64,000 bases of DNA. It comes from a virus (lineage: Duplodnaviria > Caudoviricetes). Where the stretch lies: positions 1 through 64,000 of the IMG/VR virus record IMGVR_UViG_2706796482_000001; one strand, written 5' to 3'. The position numbers and the translations under genes are program-made. This document shows, piece by piece, positions 25,878-35,224 of the stretch; position 1 is the first letter of the stretch; every line of letters begins with the position of its first letter. The notes below the pieces were generated by a model that saw only the letters and a program-made list of their open reading frames with translations, was not told the DNA's origin and did no database searches.

Positions 25878-26213
25878 ATGAAGAAGACCAATATCCAAAC
25901 AGTTGAAGAAGCTGCTTATGGAGTTTATGTCTGGGAAATGCCAGACGGCCGGTGGGTCGGAGACGACGATGGCAACTGGCTTTGCATTGCTGCTATGAAG
26001 GGCGACCTCAAGCGCATCAATGAACTCACAACAGCAGCTCGTCACTATGGAGTAATGCTAGGAAAGCCACTGTTCCTCTCTGGTCATCGTAAGATTGACG
26101 ATGACGAATACGAGTATCAGAAGCAGCGACAGTCCTTTGGCCTTATTCCAGACGAAAGTGACATTCCAGCTCTCGTAAGTGAGCAGATTTACAAGGAGCA
26201 CAATGACAAGTAA
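25878..26213 (+). CDS. Hypothetical protein, leaderless
   Basis: TTGCTT-N17-TATGAT-N6-ATG. Confidence 0.75.
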   Translation: MKKTNIQTVEEAAYGVYVWEMPDGRWVGDDDGNWLCIAAMKGDLKRINELTTAARHYGVMLGKPLFLSGHRKIDDDEYEYQKQRQSFGLIPDESDIPALVSEQIYKEHNDK

Positions 26214-27780
26214 TCGAGTTGTAGAGGCAGAGCCAGAAGAGAGCATGATTGAAGTCTCTCTAGGCTCAGAATATAATCGTGACATCGCTCACGACCCAGA
26301 CCCATTTCTAAAGTCAGCCGATGAGCTGAACAAGAACTTGGACGGCCTTTCTCGTTCCTTCAAGATTCGCACCACGAAGTCAATTCAGAAGTTCTATCGT
26401 GGTGTAGATGGTGCTGCCTCAAAGAAGGAAGAAAGCCAGGAGGTCACAGGTTACAATGCCTTCCAGGTAATGCTTCCTCCGTACAATCTCGATTACCTCG
26501 CAAAGCTTTATGAGGTGTCTTCTCCGCACTACTCAGCCGTAAAGGCAAAGGTTTCCAACATCGTAGGTCTTGGATTTGACCTTGTGGAAACTCCAGCAGC
26601 AAAGCGTAAGCTGGATGAAATTGAGGGTGAGGACAAGACAAAGAAGGCGCGTAAGAAGATTGCAATTGAGGGCGAACGCATCAAGGAATGGATTGCAGCC
26701 TGCAATGAGGAAGACGACTTCCTAGAAACACTTATCAAGGTCTGGACTGACTATGAAGTCACCGGCAACGGCTACCTTGAAGTGGGTCGAAAGACCAATG
26801 GTGAAATTGGCTACATTGGACATGTGCCAAGTACCACAATGAGAATCAGGCAGCGTAGAGATGGCTTTGTTCAAATCATCTCAAACAAGGCTGTGTTCTT
26901 CCGAAACTTCGGAGACAAGGAAACAACGGACCCGGTAGGAAATGACCCAAGACCAAACGAAGTCATCCATATCAAGAAGTACGCTCCAAGCAATGGGTAT
27001 TACGGAATCCCTGACATCGTGGCAGCTAAGGCTGCTGTCGCAGGTAATGAATTCGCCACCCGATTCAACTTGGACTATTTCGAGAACAAGGCCGTTCCTA
27101 GGTATGTCATTGTCATCAAGGGAGGAAAGCTCTCTCCAGCAGCAGAGCGACGAATCACCGAGTTCTTCCAGACTTCCCTAAAGGGAAAGAATCACAGAAC
27201 TCTGTATGTTCCTCTTCCACCTGATGAGCAGGACCGCAAGACCAGCTTTGAAATGAAGCCAGTCGAGGCTGGTACTCAGGACAGCTCATTCAACAATTAC
27301 CGTAAGGGAAACCTGAACGACATCCTTATGGCTCATCGAGTTCCTATCACTAAGGTGGGTCTTGCAGAGGGAGCAAGTCTAGCAGTTGCACGTGATGCTG
27401 ACAAGACCTTCAAAGAGCAGGTATGTCGTCCAGAGCAGACCATTTTTGAAAACAAGCTCAACAAGATTATGAAGGAAGTCACTGACGTATTCCTCATTCA
27501 TCTCAACGAGCTTTCACTTACTGACGAAGACACTCAGAGCAAGATTGATGAGCGTGCAATTCGCAATCAGTGGACCACACCTAATGAAATTCGTGGTCGT
27601 CAGGGCAAGCCAGGTCTCCCAGGTGGAGACAAGATTGTTGAGCTTAAGCCTCAGCAAGCAGCAGAAGCAAAGGCTCAGGCTGGTCAGACAAGAACACGTG
27701 ACCAAAATCGTTCCGCAGCTTCTCCGGACAAGGATGGCGAGGCCCGGCAGCCAAAGGGTGAAGGAAGAGCTACAGCATGA
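26203..27780 (+). CDS. Portal protein
   Basis: TGNGYLEV, EVIHIK, YYGIPD, YFENKAVP and AHRVP motifs; AAGGAG RBS. Confidence 0.9.
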   Translation: MTSNRVVEAEPEESMIEVSLGSEYNRDIAHDPDPFLKSADELNKNLDGLSRSFKIRTTKSIQKFYRGVDGAASKKEESQEVTGYNAFQVMLPPYNLDYLAKLYEVSSPHYSAVKAKVSNIVGLGFDLVETPAAKRKLDEIEGEDKTKKARKKIAIEGERIKEWIAACNEEDDFLETLIKVWTDYEVTGNGYLEVGRKTNGEIGYIGHVPSTTMRIRQRRDGFVQIISNKAVFFRNFGDKETTDPVGNDPRPNEVIHIKKYAPSNGYYGIPDIVAAKAAVAGNEFATRFNLDYFENKAVPRYVIVIKGGKLSPAAERRITEFFQTSLKGKNHRTLYVPLPPDEQDRKTSFEMKPVEAGTQDSSFNNYRKGNLNDILMAHRVPITKVGLAEGASLAVARDADKTFKEQVCRPEQTIFENKLNKIMKEVTDVFLIHLNELSLTDEDTQSKIDERAIRNQWTTPNEIRGRQGKPGLPGGDKIVELKPQQAAEAKAQAGQTRTRDQNRSAASPDKDGEARQPKGEGRATA

Positions 27781-28226
27781 ACAAGCTATGGAATAAAACA
27801 GACGAAGTTGCAAGAGGGCTGAGACGTCCAATCAATACGGCTGCAATCTCCATCATGGGTGCTTACACATTCATATGGGGATTGTGGCTGGCTCTTCCAT
27901 GGGCCACATTCAGTAGAAGTCCAATTTATGAACTCATGTTGAATCTAGCGCCAGAACTGGTATGGGGCATAGCAGCCATGTGTATTGGCGCAGTTATCCT
28001 CTATGGAGTATGGAACTCAACATATAAAGCATTGCTCAGAGGAGCCCTGGCAGGCTTCTACTACTGGTTTGTTATCTCTGGCTTCTACCTCTTGGGTTCA
28101 TGGCAGAGCACTGGATGGATTAACGCCTTCATGGTTGCCATCTACTGTGCCTTTGTTGCCATCAATTTGAGGGTAAACAGGTCTAGTTTGCATGATAATA
28201 AAGAAACTCATAAGATAAGACCATGA
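27777..28226 (+). CDS. Membrane protein (about 4 TM)
   Basis: Four hydrophobic segments. Confidence 0.75.
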   Translation: MNKLWNKTDEVARGLRRPINTAAISIMGAYTFIWGLWLALPWATFSRSPIYELMLNLAPELVWGIAAMCIGAVILYGVWNSTYKALLRGALAGFYYWFVISGFYLLGSWQSTGWINAFMVAIYCAFVAINLRVNRSSLHDNKETHKIRP

Positions 28227-29500
28227 AGATTGAGAAGGCATCCTGGCATTCTGATGAACACAATGTTCGTCTGACAATGCCGATTGCAAAGTATGATGTG
28301 GAGAAGCGTCAGGTCAGTGGATTTGCCACTCTTGACAACTTCGACTCTCATGGCGACATTGTTCTAGCAGAAGCTTCACAGAAGGCTTTTGCTCGTTTCC
28401 GTGGAAACATCCGTGAGATGCATCAGCCTATTGCAGTAGGAAAGCTGGTAGATTTCAGGGAAGAGGAGTTCTATGACTCTTCAACTCAGAAGTTCTTCCG
28501 AGGCATTTTTGCAACAGCATATGTCTCAAAGGGTGCTCAGGACACATGGGAAAAGGTACTTGACGGTACTCTAAGCGGTTTTAGTATCGGCGGTAGCATC
28601 GTAGACTCTGACACTGAGTGGAATAAGGATGCCCAGACAAACGTACGATTCATCAAGGACTATGAGCTTATCGAACTCTCCCTTGTCGATAACCCAGCTA
28701 ATCAGCTTGCCAACATTTTCAGCATTGAAAAGGTGGCCGGTGGCGACAAGGTAATGAAGGGTATGGTCGTAGAAACCTCCGTAGAGAATGTCTTCTGGTG
28801 TCCAGCAGATGAAATCGCAAAGACTACAACCGAGGAAAGTGCAAACTGTTCCGCTTGCGGAAAGTCAATGCAGAATATTGGTTGGTTCGAGACAGACAGC
28901 AACCGACAGGAAGCAGTCAAGAATCTCGTACAGGAATTTACAAAGTCTTCTGACAAGGACACTGAAAAGGGAGGTGCAGAACAAATGGCAGATGAGCGTA
29001 AGGACGACGTTGCGGAGCAGGGTCGAGCCGAATCCGAGACTCCAGTAGAGGAATCAACAACTGAGAATGCTCCAGAGGTTGAGGCTGATGGAACTGTTGA
29101 GTCCGAGGAAACAGCAGCAGAAGTAGATGAAGGTGGCGCAGAGGAGCCAAACTTCGAGAAGATGCTTGAGCAGGTCCAAGAAACAATTAAGAAGGGCCTA
29201 GAGCAGACTCGTGAAGCTACTGCTGAGGAAATCAAGACTATCGAGACCAAGGTTGATGAAATCAACAAGGCATTCGATTCAAAGTTTTCTGAGCTAGTCG
29301 AAAAGCACGGCGAGCTTAGCAAGAAGTTTGACAGTCTTTCAGACCAGCACGATGAAGTTGCAAAGCGACTTGACAGTGTTGAGAGTGAGACTGCAATCAA
29401 GAAGTCCGGCGACGTTGGCACGTCAAAGGAAGAGACGATTACCAAGGGTAACGGCTCAAAGTGGGGCGGACACTTCCTCAGTGTATCCGACATCAAGTAA
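28223..29500 (+). CDS. Capsid maturation protease with a C-terminal scaffold region
   Basis: IREMHQ, GFSIGG, ELSLVDNPAN; acidic coiled-coil C-terminus. Confidence 0.88.
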   Translation: MKIEKASWHSDEHNVRLTMPIAKYDVEKRQVSGFATLDNFDSHGDIVLAEASQKAFARFRGNIREMHQPIAVGKLVDFREEEFYDSSTQKFFRGIFATAYVSKGAQDTWEKVLDGTLSGFSIGGSIVDSDTEWNKDAQTNVRFIKDYELIELSLVDNPANQLANIFSIEKVAGGDKVMKGMVVETSVENVFWCPADEIAKTTTEESANCSACGKSMQNIGWFETDSNRQEAVKNLVQEFTKSSDKDTEKGGAEQMADERKDDVAEQGRAESETPVEESTTENAPEVEADGTVESEETAAEVDEGGAEEPNFEKMLEQVQETIKKGLEQTREATAEEIKTIETKVDEINKAFDSKFSELVEKHGELSKKFDSLSDQHDEVAKRLDSVESETAIKKSGDVGTSKEETITKGNGSKWGGHFLSVSDIK

Positions 29501-29531
29501 TCCAAGAAAAGGAAAGAGGTGAACAAACAAC

Positions 29532-30527
29532 ATGAGCGATGAGCTAATTGAAAAGGTCATTCGTACCACTGAGGTAGCATCTGGTGGCGGTGGTCTGCTT
29601 AACGCAGAACAGTCCAACCGTTTTATCGATTACATGTGGGAATCCACAGTTCTCGGTAGCCAGGTTCGTACCATCCGTATGAGAGCCGACACAGTTGACA
29701 TTGACAAGCTCGGAATTGGTGAGCGTCTAATGAGAGTAGCCACTGAGGCAGTTGACGACGGTGTAAACGCCGGAGCAACCTTCTCTAAGATTTCTCTTAC
29801 CACCAAGAAGCTTCGTCTAGACTGGGAAATCTCAACCGAGTCCCTTGAAGACAACATCGAGGGTGAGGCCCTTGAGGACCACATTGCACGTCTAATGGCA
29901 ACTCAGGCCGGTAACGACCTTGAGGACGTAGCTATTAACGGTAACACGGCCCTTACAACCGACCCTCTACTTAAGGCATTCGATGGATGGCGTAAGCGCG
30001 CCCTTGCTGGTGGTCACGTAATTGACCACGGAGGCAACGGCGTAGACCGAAGCGTCTTCAACAAGGCTCTTAAGGCAATGCCACGTAAGTACATGCAGCG
30101 TCGTAACGGCCTTAAGTTCTTCACGGGTTCCAATGTAATCCAGGACTACCTATTCAGCCTACAGAACACATCTGCTGACTATGTTACCCCAGAGGCTATG
30201 GCCGCTGCCGGTATCAACAGTGGAGTTCGTACTGAGGGTCCAGCCGGTTTCACAACTGGTAATGCATTCGGTGTACCTGTACAGGAGGTTCCTCTATTCG
30301 AGGAGACCCTTGATGGAGACTACTCAGGTGCAGCAGGCGACCACGCCGATGTATGGCTAACATTCCCTAACAACATGCTATGGGGTGTAAAGCGTGAGAT
30401 TCAGGTCTTCCGTGAGTTCAAGCCTAAGAAGGACACCACGGAGTACACCATGTACTGCCGTGTAGGTACTCAGATTGAGAACGCTGACGCATTCGTTGTC
30501 GTCAAGAACGTCAAGATTTCAGCCTAA
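29532..30527 (+). CDS. Major capsid protein (HK97 fold)
   Basis: GGLLNAEQSNRFI and EISTESLEDNIEG; follows the protease; followed by a terminator. Confidence 0.9.
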   Translation: MSDELIEKVIRTTEVASGGGGLLNAEQSNRFIDYMWESTVLGSQVRTIRMRADTVDIDKLGIGERLMRVATEAVDDGVNAGATFSKISLTTKKLRLDWEISTESLEDNIEGEALEDHIARLMATQAGNDLEDVAINGNTALTTDPLLKAFDGWRKRALAGGHVIDHGGNGVDRSVFNKALKAMPRKYMQRRNGLKFFTGSNVIQDYLFSLQNTSADYVTPEAMAAAGINSGVRTEGPAGFTTGNAFGVPVQEVPLFEETLDGDYSGAAGDHADVWLTFPNNMLWGVKREIQVFREFKPKKDTTEYTMYCRVGTQIENADAFVVVKNVKISA

Positions 30528-30550
30528 TCAAACTGAAACAATTTAATAGC

Positions 30551-30574
30551 GAAAGAGGGCTTCGGCCCTCTTTC
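30551..30574 (+). terminator. Intrinsic terminator
   Basis: GAAAGAGGGC-TTCG-GCCCTCTTTC. Confidence 0.8.
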
Positions 30575-30608
30575 TGCTTTTGTGCTACAATCGATGTATG
30601 GAGGATGT

Positions 30609-31010
30609 ATGAGTTTTGACAAGATGAAGGTCGGTGAACTTCGCCAGATTGCGGATGACTTCGCGGTGGACATTGACCCCAAGGACAATAAGGAAGTTGT
30701 GATTTCCAAGCTGGTGGAGAACGGTGTTGACTGGTCTTACTATCAGAAGCAGGTTGGTGAGGCAGAAGAAGCCCCGGCACCAGTAGTCGCAGCGACTCCA
30801 AAGTTTGATGAGCCTGCAAATGCAGAAGACGAGCAGAAGGTTCTTCTCCGCATGACTCGCGCCAATGGCACCTTTGAGGTAAGAGGCGTGAAGTTCACGA
30901 GAGACAATCCTTATGCGATTGTTCGAGAGCGTGATGCAGACTTCATCCTGGAAAAGTACGAAGGATTCAGAATTGCTTCCCCTAGGGAAGTCAAGGAATT
31001 CTACGGTTGA
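30609..31010 (+). CDS. Hypothetical head-associated protein
   Basis: GGAGG RBS; N-terminal MKVGELRQIA helical motif. Confidence 0.7.
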   Translation: MSFDKMKVGELRQIADDFAVDIDPKDNKEVVISKLVENGVDWSYYQKQVGEAEEAPAPVVAATPKFDEPANAEDEQKVLLRMTRANGTFEVRGVKFTRDNPYAIVRERDADFILEKYEGFRIASPREVKEFYG

Positions 31011-31011
31011 T

Positions 31012-31035
31012 AAAGAGGCCCTTCGGGGCCTCTTT
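31012..31035 (+). terminator. Intrinsic terminator
   Basis: AAAGAGGCCC-TTCG-GGGCCTCTTT. Confidence 0.8.
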
Positions 31036-31068
31036 GCTATTTAAGCTGAAACAATCTATAATGCAGAC

Positions 31069-31941
31069 ATGGAAATCTACCGAGACACTACAAGCAATGT
31101 TACTCTAGAACATCCAGTAACAGGAACCCTAACCGCTGACATCAAGCGCGGTGATGCGGTGATTTCCGCTAACCAGCCTGTAACTTCAAGCGGTAATATC
31201 CACACGACTTCAATTGACTGGAGCCTCACTGAATATGATGGCACCCTCACAGTCGTTTGGAAGAAGACCGGCTTTTCACGTATGACATACGTCGATGTCG
31301 TCACTCCAATTGTCCCTCTATCCCAGCTTGCTGAACTTCTTGATGATGTTGAGCAGCAGGACAGATACGATGCAGAGGCAGTTGTCAGACGAATCATTGA
31401 GGTATACACAGGACAGAGCTTTGGCAAATTCCGTGGAACTAAGGACGTAGCTGGAAACGACAGCAGCCGCCTTGCCCTCCCAATGCCCCTCATCTCATTT
31501 ACAGATATGAATGACTCAGTCCTGGCCTACGACCCTTCTGCATTTCGTGTAACGGGCGAAGGATGGTTCCTAGGACAGGCTCCAGGAGCATGGTGGACTA
31601 TCAAGGACGCTCCACCAGAAGAAGTTCTGGACCAGTTCAGTGATGGCGTAATTTATGCGCCCGGAACCATTAAGAAGCGTGACTTCTCCTACACCTCTGT
31701 GTACACCATTACCGGAGACTGGGGATATGAATCAGTGCCTTATCCAGTAATCCAAGCAGCCAAGATGCTCATTTCAGACTATGCCTGCCAGGATGCCTCA
31801 TACCGAGACAAATACCTTGAATCAATGAAGGCAGCCGACTGGAGAATTCAGTTCACTCAGGGAGCATACGATGGAACTGGAAATCTAAAGGCAGACCAGC
31901 TTCTAGAACCTTACAGACTAGTTAATATGGTGGTCATATGA
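31069..31941 (+). CDS. Head-to-tail adaptor
   Basis: IIEVYTGQSF, GDWGYESVP.PVIQAA and ADQLLEPY; synteny. Confidence 0.75.
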   Translation: MEIYRDTTSNVTLEHPVTGTLTADIKRGDAVISANQPVTSSGNIHTTSIDWSLTEYDGTLTVVWKKTGFSRMTYVDVVTPIVPLSQLAELLDDVEQQDRYDAEAVVRRIIEVYTGQSFGKFRGTKDVAGNDSSRLALPMPLISFTDMNDSVLAYDPSAFRVTGEGWFLGQAPGAWWTIKDAPPEEVLDQFSDGVIYAPGTIKKRDFSYTSVYTITGDWGYESVPYPVIQAAKMLISDYACQDASYRDKYLESMKAADWRIQFTQGAYDGTGNLKADQLLEPYRLVNMVVI

Positions 31942-32429
31942 GTTGTCTTCTTTCTTCTAGATTCAACATGCGAGCTACCGTTCTTCGACAGGTCGGAACC
32001 AATCCACAGGAAAATCCCGGTGGCCATTGGGAGACCCAGCAAGACCCAGAAACAGGAGACATTATCCGTGTATGGGTGCCAGACGAAGACAGCGATACTC
32101 CAGGAAATCAAGCCCTAACTATCAAATGTATAGTTCGTGGTGTGACAAACGGTGGTATTCGAGTAGCAGGAACAACCCAGCGATATAGTGAAGTTTATGA
32201 GAATATCGACTGGGCAACTCTGGCATTCCCAAAGGGAGTCATTCTGTCAAAGCGTGACAGAATTACCAATGTCTCCAATTCAAAGGGAGAACTAATCTGG
32301 AGAGAAGAAGAAATGGAAGGAAGCCCAGCGACGGTATTCATCGTTATGGGTGTCACTCCTGTCGTTGACCCCTTCGGAAATCACATCGAGAATACAGCTC
32401 TGATTCAGAGGGCACAGGTTCAGTCATAA
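31938..32429 (+). CDS. Head-to-tail stopper (putative)
   Basis: Synteny; beta-rich. Confidence 0.6.
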   Translation: MSCLLSSRFNMRATVLRQVGTNPQENPGGHWETQQDPETGDIIRVWVPDEDSDTPGNQALTIKCIVRGVTNGGIRVAGTTQRYSEVYENIDWATLAFPKGVILSKRDRITNVSNSKGELIWREEEMEGSPATVFIVMGVTPVVDPFGNHIENTALIQRAQVQS

Positions 32430-33229
32430 TGGCTGTAGCAAAGGGAAAGGCATTCCTCGCTGTAAATGCCGACACGGTTGAGGTCTCTGCCCTTGCTGGA
32501 TATATCACCAATCTTTCAGCAAAGGTAGGAATGGATGTCAATACTGGCCCGGTACTCAGGTTTGCTCACGACAGATTGTCTGAGAGATTTGACGCTTATA
32601 TGTCAGTAGTTGCTCCAGCAGCACCAGGTCAATTCCATCACGTATATGACTGGAATAGAATTGGTGTTCCACAGGCTCAGCTATGGAAAAACGTACTAAG
32701 GGGACGAGGCAATGAGAGATTTGCCTCATTTGAATTCAGAGCCTCTGTACTACCTGTCCCTTTGCCAGAAGGAGACAAGGTGCCTTTCAGAAGGAAGCAC
32801 CGATTCATATACAAGGCTATGGTCATGGAATACAACATGGCTGTGACGATTAGACCAAAGCGAGCAAAGATGCTCGCCTTCCCTGTGGATGACAGAATCA
32901 TTTTCACAAAGGGGCCTGTACAGGTTCAGAATCCTGGTGGAGCTGCAACGACTGGTGCATTCACAGCCGCTTGGACAAGTTGGTGGTCAGGAGCCGGTGC
33001 AGAGCAGGTCTTCAATAACGAGATTAGAAGAACACTAGAGAATGACTTCTCAGAAAAGGCAATGGCTAAATTCATCAGAAGATTCAAGCCAGCACGTAAG
33101 AAGGTAACAAAGCTATCCATTGCAGACAACAATGCCGCATTCGCAAATGGAGCCAAGCTCGCAGAAGAGTTCCTTGCAGAGCGCAATAGAAAGAACGCGG
33201 CACGAAGGAGGACAAATGACGAGCTATAA
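32429..33229 (+). CDS. Neck/tail completion protein (putative)
   Basis: Synteny; TIRPKRAKMLAF motif. Confidence 0.55.
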   Translation: MAVAKGKAFLAVNADTVEVSALAGYITNLSAKVGMDVNTGPVLRFAHDRLSERFDAYMSVVAPAAPGQFHHVYDWNRIGVPQAQLWKNVLRGRGNERFASFEFRASVLPVPLPEGDKVPFRRKHRFIYKAMVMEYNMAVTIRPKRAKMLAFPVDDRIIFTKGPVQVQNPGGAATTGAFTAAWTSWWSGAGAEQVFNNEIRRTLENDFSEKAMAKFIRRFKPARKKVTKLSIADNNAAFANGAKLAEEFLAERNRKNAARRRTNDEL

Positions 33230-33767
33230 GCTAACAGGCTCCCATGCAGTCAATGCTTTTACTCAGGCAAAGCTGGTGGAAGCTGGCTTTCTGAATATGG
33301 CTGACTACAAGGTACTGACACCAATCATTCCTGCTCAGCAGCAGCCTGAATTCACCAATCTTCCAAAGGGCATTCCATTCATTGTCTACAACTATGCACA
33401 GGAAGGCACTTATCAGGACTGGTGGCTTGAACACGAGCAGCTTGCTTATGTAGTCTACACAGATGATTCAAACAAGATTAGAGACATCGTTCACTATCTC
33501 AATCACCTATTCCGTAGATTTGACTGGTCTGCTGACGAAGTGAATCAGTGGCTTGCTGCGAATGGAACAGCAAATCAGAAGACTTTTGATATGAAGTACA
33601 TCAGAGTCGTGAATGCGACAAGCATCGAGCCAGCAACAGAAGAGGGTGGAAGGCATTCAGCGATGATTGTTTTGCACGTTTGCTTTACCGGAGACTTGTA
33701 TGGAGGCCCAACAAAGTCCACTGAACCATACCCACCTCATGGCAATGGCATGGGAATGAGAGTCTAG
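33216..33767 (+). CDS. Tail terminator (putative)
   Basis: PFIVY motif; lies before the major tail gene; AAGGAGG RBS. Confidence 0.6.
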   Translation: MTSYKLTGSHAVNAFTQAKLVEAGFLNMADYKVLTPIIPAQQQPEFTNLPKGIPFIVYNYAQEGTYQDWWLEHEQLAYVVYTDDSNKIRDIVHYLNHLFRRFDWSADEVNQWLAANGTANQKTFDMKYIRVVNATSIEPATEEGGRHSAMIVLHVCFTGDLYGGPTKSTEPYPPHGNGMGMRV

Positions 33768-33858
33768 TTTGCTTCATAACCTCTGAGCCATTAACATAAT
33801 CTTGAGGAAGTGCTCTAGCCAAGCAACACTTTTTCAAGAAAAGAGGTGAAAGAAAAAC

Positions 33859-34482
33859 ATGGCATATCAGGTTAAGAACATTATCATTGGTGCAGCAGCC
33901 GTTTACCTATCAGCAGAAGACTCTACTGAGTGGACAGCAGCGCCAACCCTTCCAACCGTATCCGGAACTAACAGCATGACCCCTGCACTCGATGCAGACA
34001 CAAGCTGGAAGCACTCTGGATTTACGTCCGAAGGTGTCGAGGTTTCTTACGAGCCAGACTACGGTGAGGTAGAGGTTGACCAGCTACTTGACTCCGCTAA
34101 GCTATTCAAGCAGTCTATGCGAGTTATGGTTAACACGACCTTCTCAGAGGCTACTCTTGAGAACCTACTCATCGTTTGGGGTCAGCAGAATACCACTCTG
34201 ACTTCCGGTGCGAGTGATACGACTCTTGGAATTTCAGCAGGTGCTCTTGGTGACGAGCCAACTGAGCGCTCCGTAGCATTTGTCGGTCCTGCACCACGTG
34301 CAGCAGCCGGTACAAAGCGTGAGCGTGTATATCACGTAAGACGTGCTCTATCAATCGAGTCTTCTTCTCACTCACTGAGAAGGAACGAGGCAACGGTATT
34401 CCCAGTCTCATTCCGACTTCTTCCAGACCCAAGCTTCTCAGGTCAGGAGTACGGTGTGATTAAGGACAGGAACATCGCCTAA
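33859..34482 (+). CDS. Major tail protein
   Basis: GFTSEGVEVSYEPDYGEVEVDQ and EATLENL; synteny. Confidence 0.85.
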   Translation: MAYQVKNIIIGAAAVYLSAEDSTEWTAAPTLPTVSGTNSMTPALDADTSWKHSGFTSEGVEVSYEPDYGEVEVDQLLDSAKLFKQSMRVMVNTTFSEATLENLLIVWGQQNTTLTSGASDTTLGISAGALGDEPTERSVAFVGPAPRAAAGTKRERVYHVRRALSIESSSHSLRRNEATVFPVSFRLLPDPSFSGQEYGVIKDRNIA

Positions 34483-34500
34483 TCCGATGACTTTAGCGTT

Positions 34501-34520
34501 AGCCCCCGAAAGGGGGCTTT
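34501..34520 (+). terminator. Intrinsic terminator
   Basis: AGCCCCC-GAAA-GGGGGCT-TT. Confidence 0.75.
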
Positions 34521-34578
34521 CGCATTTTGGATTATGAGAATGCGTTGATATAATCTAGTTAAACACATAGGAGGAAAT

Positions 34579-34923
34579 GTGGCAACACAGGTTTACACAG
34601 CGGAGGAGATTGTTCTCCAGGATGGCACAGAAGTCACCCTAAAGCCGCTGAACATTAAGAATCTCCGTAGATTCATGAAGAAGTTCAAGGAGATTGAGAA
34701 GCTAAAGGATGACGACCAGGTAGTTGACTTCCTGATTGAAGTTGGTCAGCTATGTCTTTCATCTCTGTACAAGGAGTACGAGGACACAGAAAAGTATGAA
34801 GACGCTGTTGATATGCCAACAGTTCACAAGATTATCGAAATCTGTGGAGGGGTCAAGCTCAATGACCCGGAACTGATGGCCGCAGCAGCGGCGATAATGG
34901 AGAAGGAAGCTGGGACGAGCTAA
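34579..34923 (+). CDS. Tail assembly chaperone (G)
   Basis: Between the major tail and tape measure genes. Confidence 0.75.
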   Translation: MATQVYTAEEIVLQDGTEVTLKPLNIKNLRRFMKKFKEIEKLKDDDQVVDFLIEVGQLCLSSLYKEYEDTEKYEDAVDMPTVHKIIEICGGVKLNDPELMAAAAAIMEKEAGTS

Positions 34924-35222
34924 ATCTAGCTCAACTCGAAGCAGAACTTTTCATGCTCGGCATTTGGAAGAATTTCGAAGAGATTGAGGAAAACTTGACT
35001 CTCGCAGAACTGGAGAAACTTCTCGAAGTAAAGAGAGACCAGGACTGGCAGAGCAAGAAATTCGCGGCGGCACTAAAGGGTATTGACCTTGATGAGCCTG
35101 GCGATAAGGATGCCCCAAGCTTCGATGACATCAAGCGCAGAGCAGATGCCAAGAACAGAGGCGTGTCAGCCGAGGAGCTGGAGTTTGCTGAGATTGGTAT
35201 TGGAATAGAAGGAGATGACTGA
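34911..35222 (+). CDS. Tail assembly chaperone, -1 frame extension (T)
   Basis: Open -1 frame WDELNLAQLEAE... overlapping the end of G. Confidence 0.6.
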   Translation, partial: WDELNLAQLEAELFMLGIWKNFEEIEENLTLAELEKLLEVKRDQDWQSKKFAAALKGIDLDEPGDKDAPSFDDIKRRADAKNRGVSAEELEFAEIGIGIEGDD

Positions 35223-35224
35223 CA

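Noticed and set aside
28702-29526. 274-aa minus-strand ORF
   Set aside because: Ser-rich antisense shadow of the acidic scaffold region.
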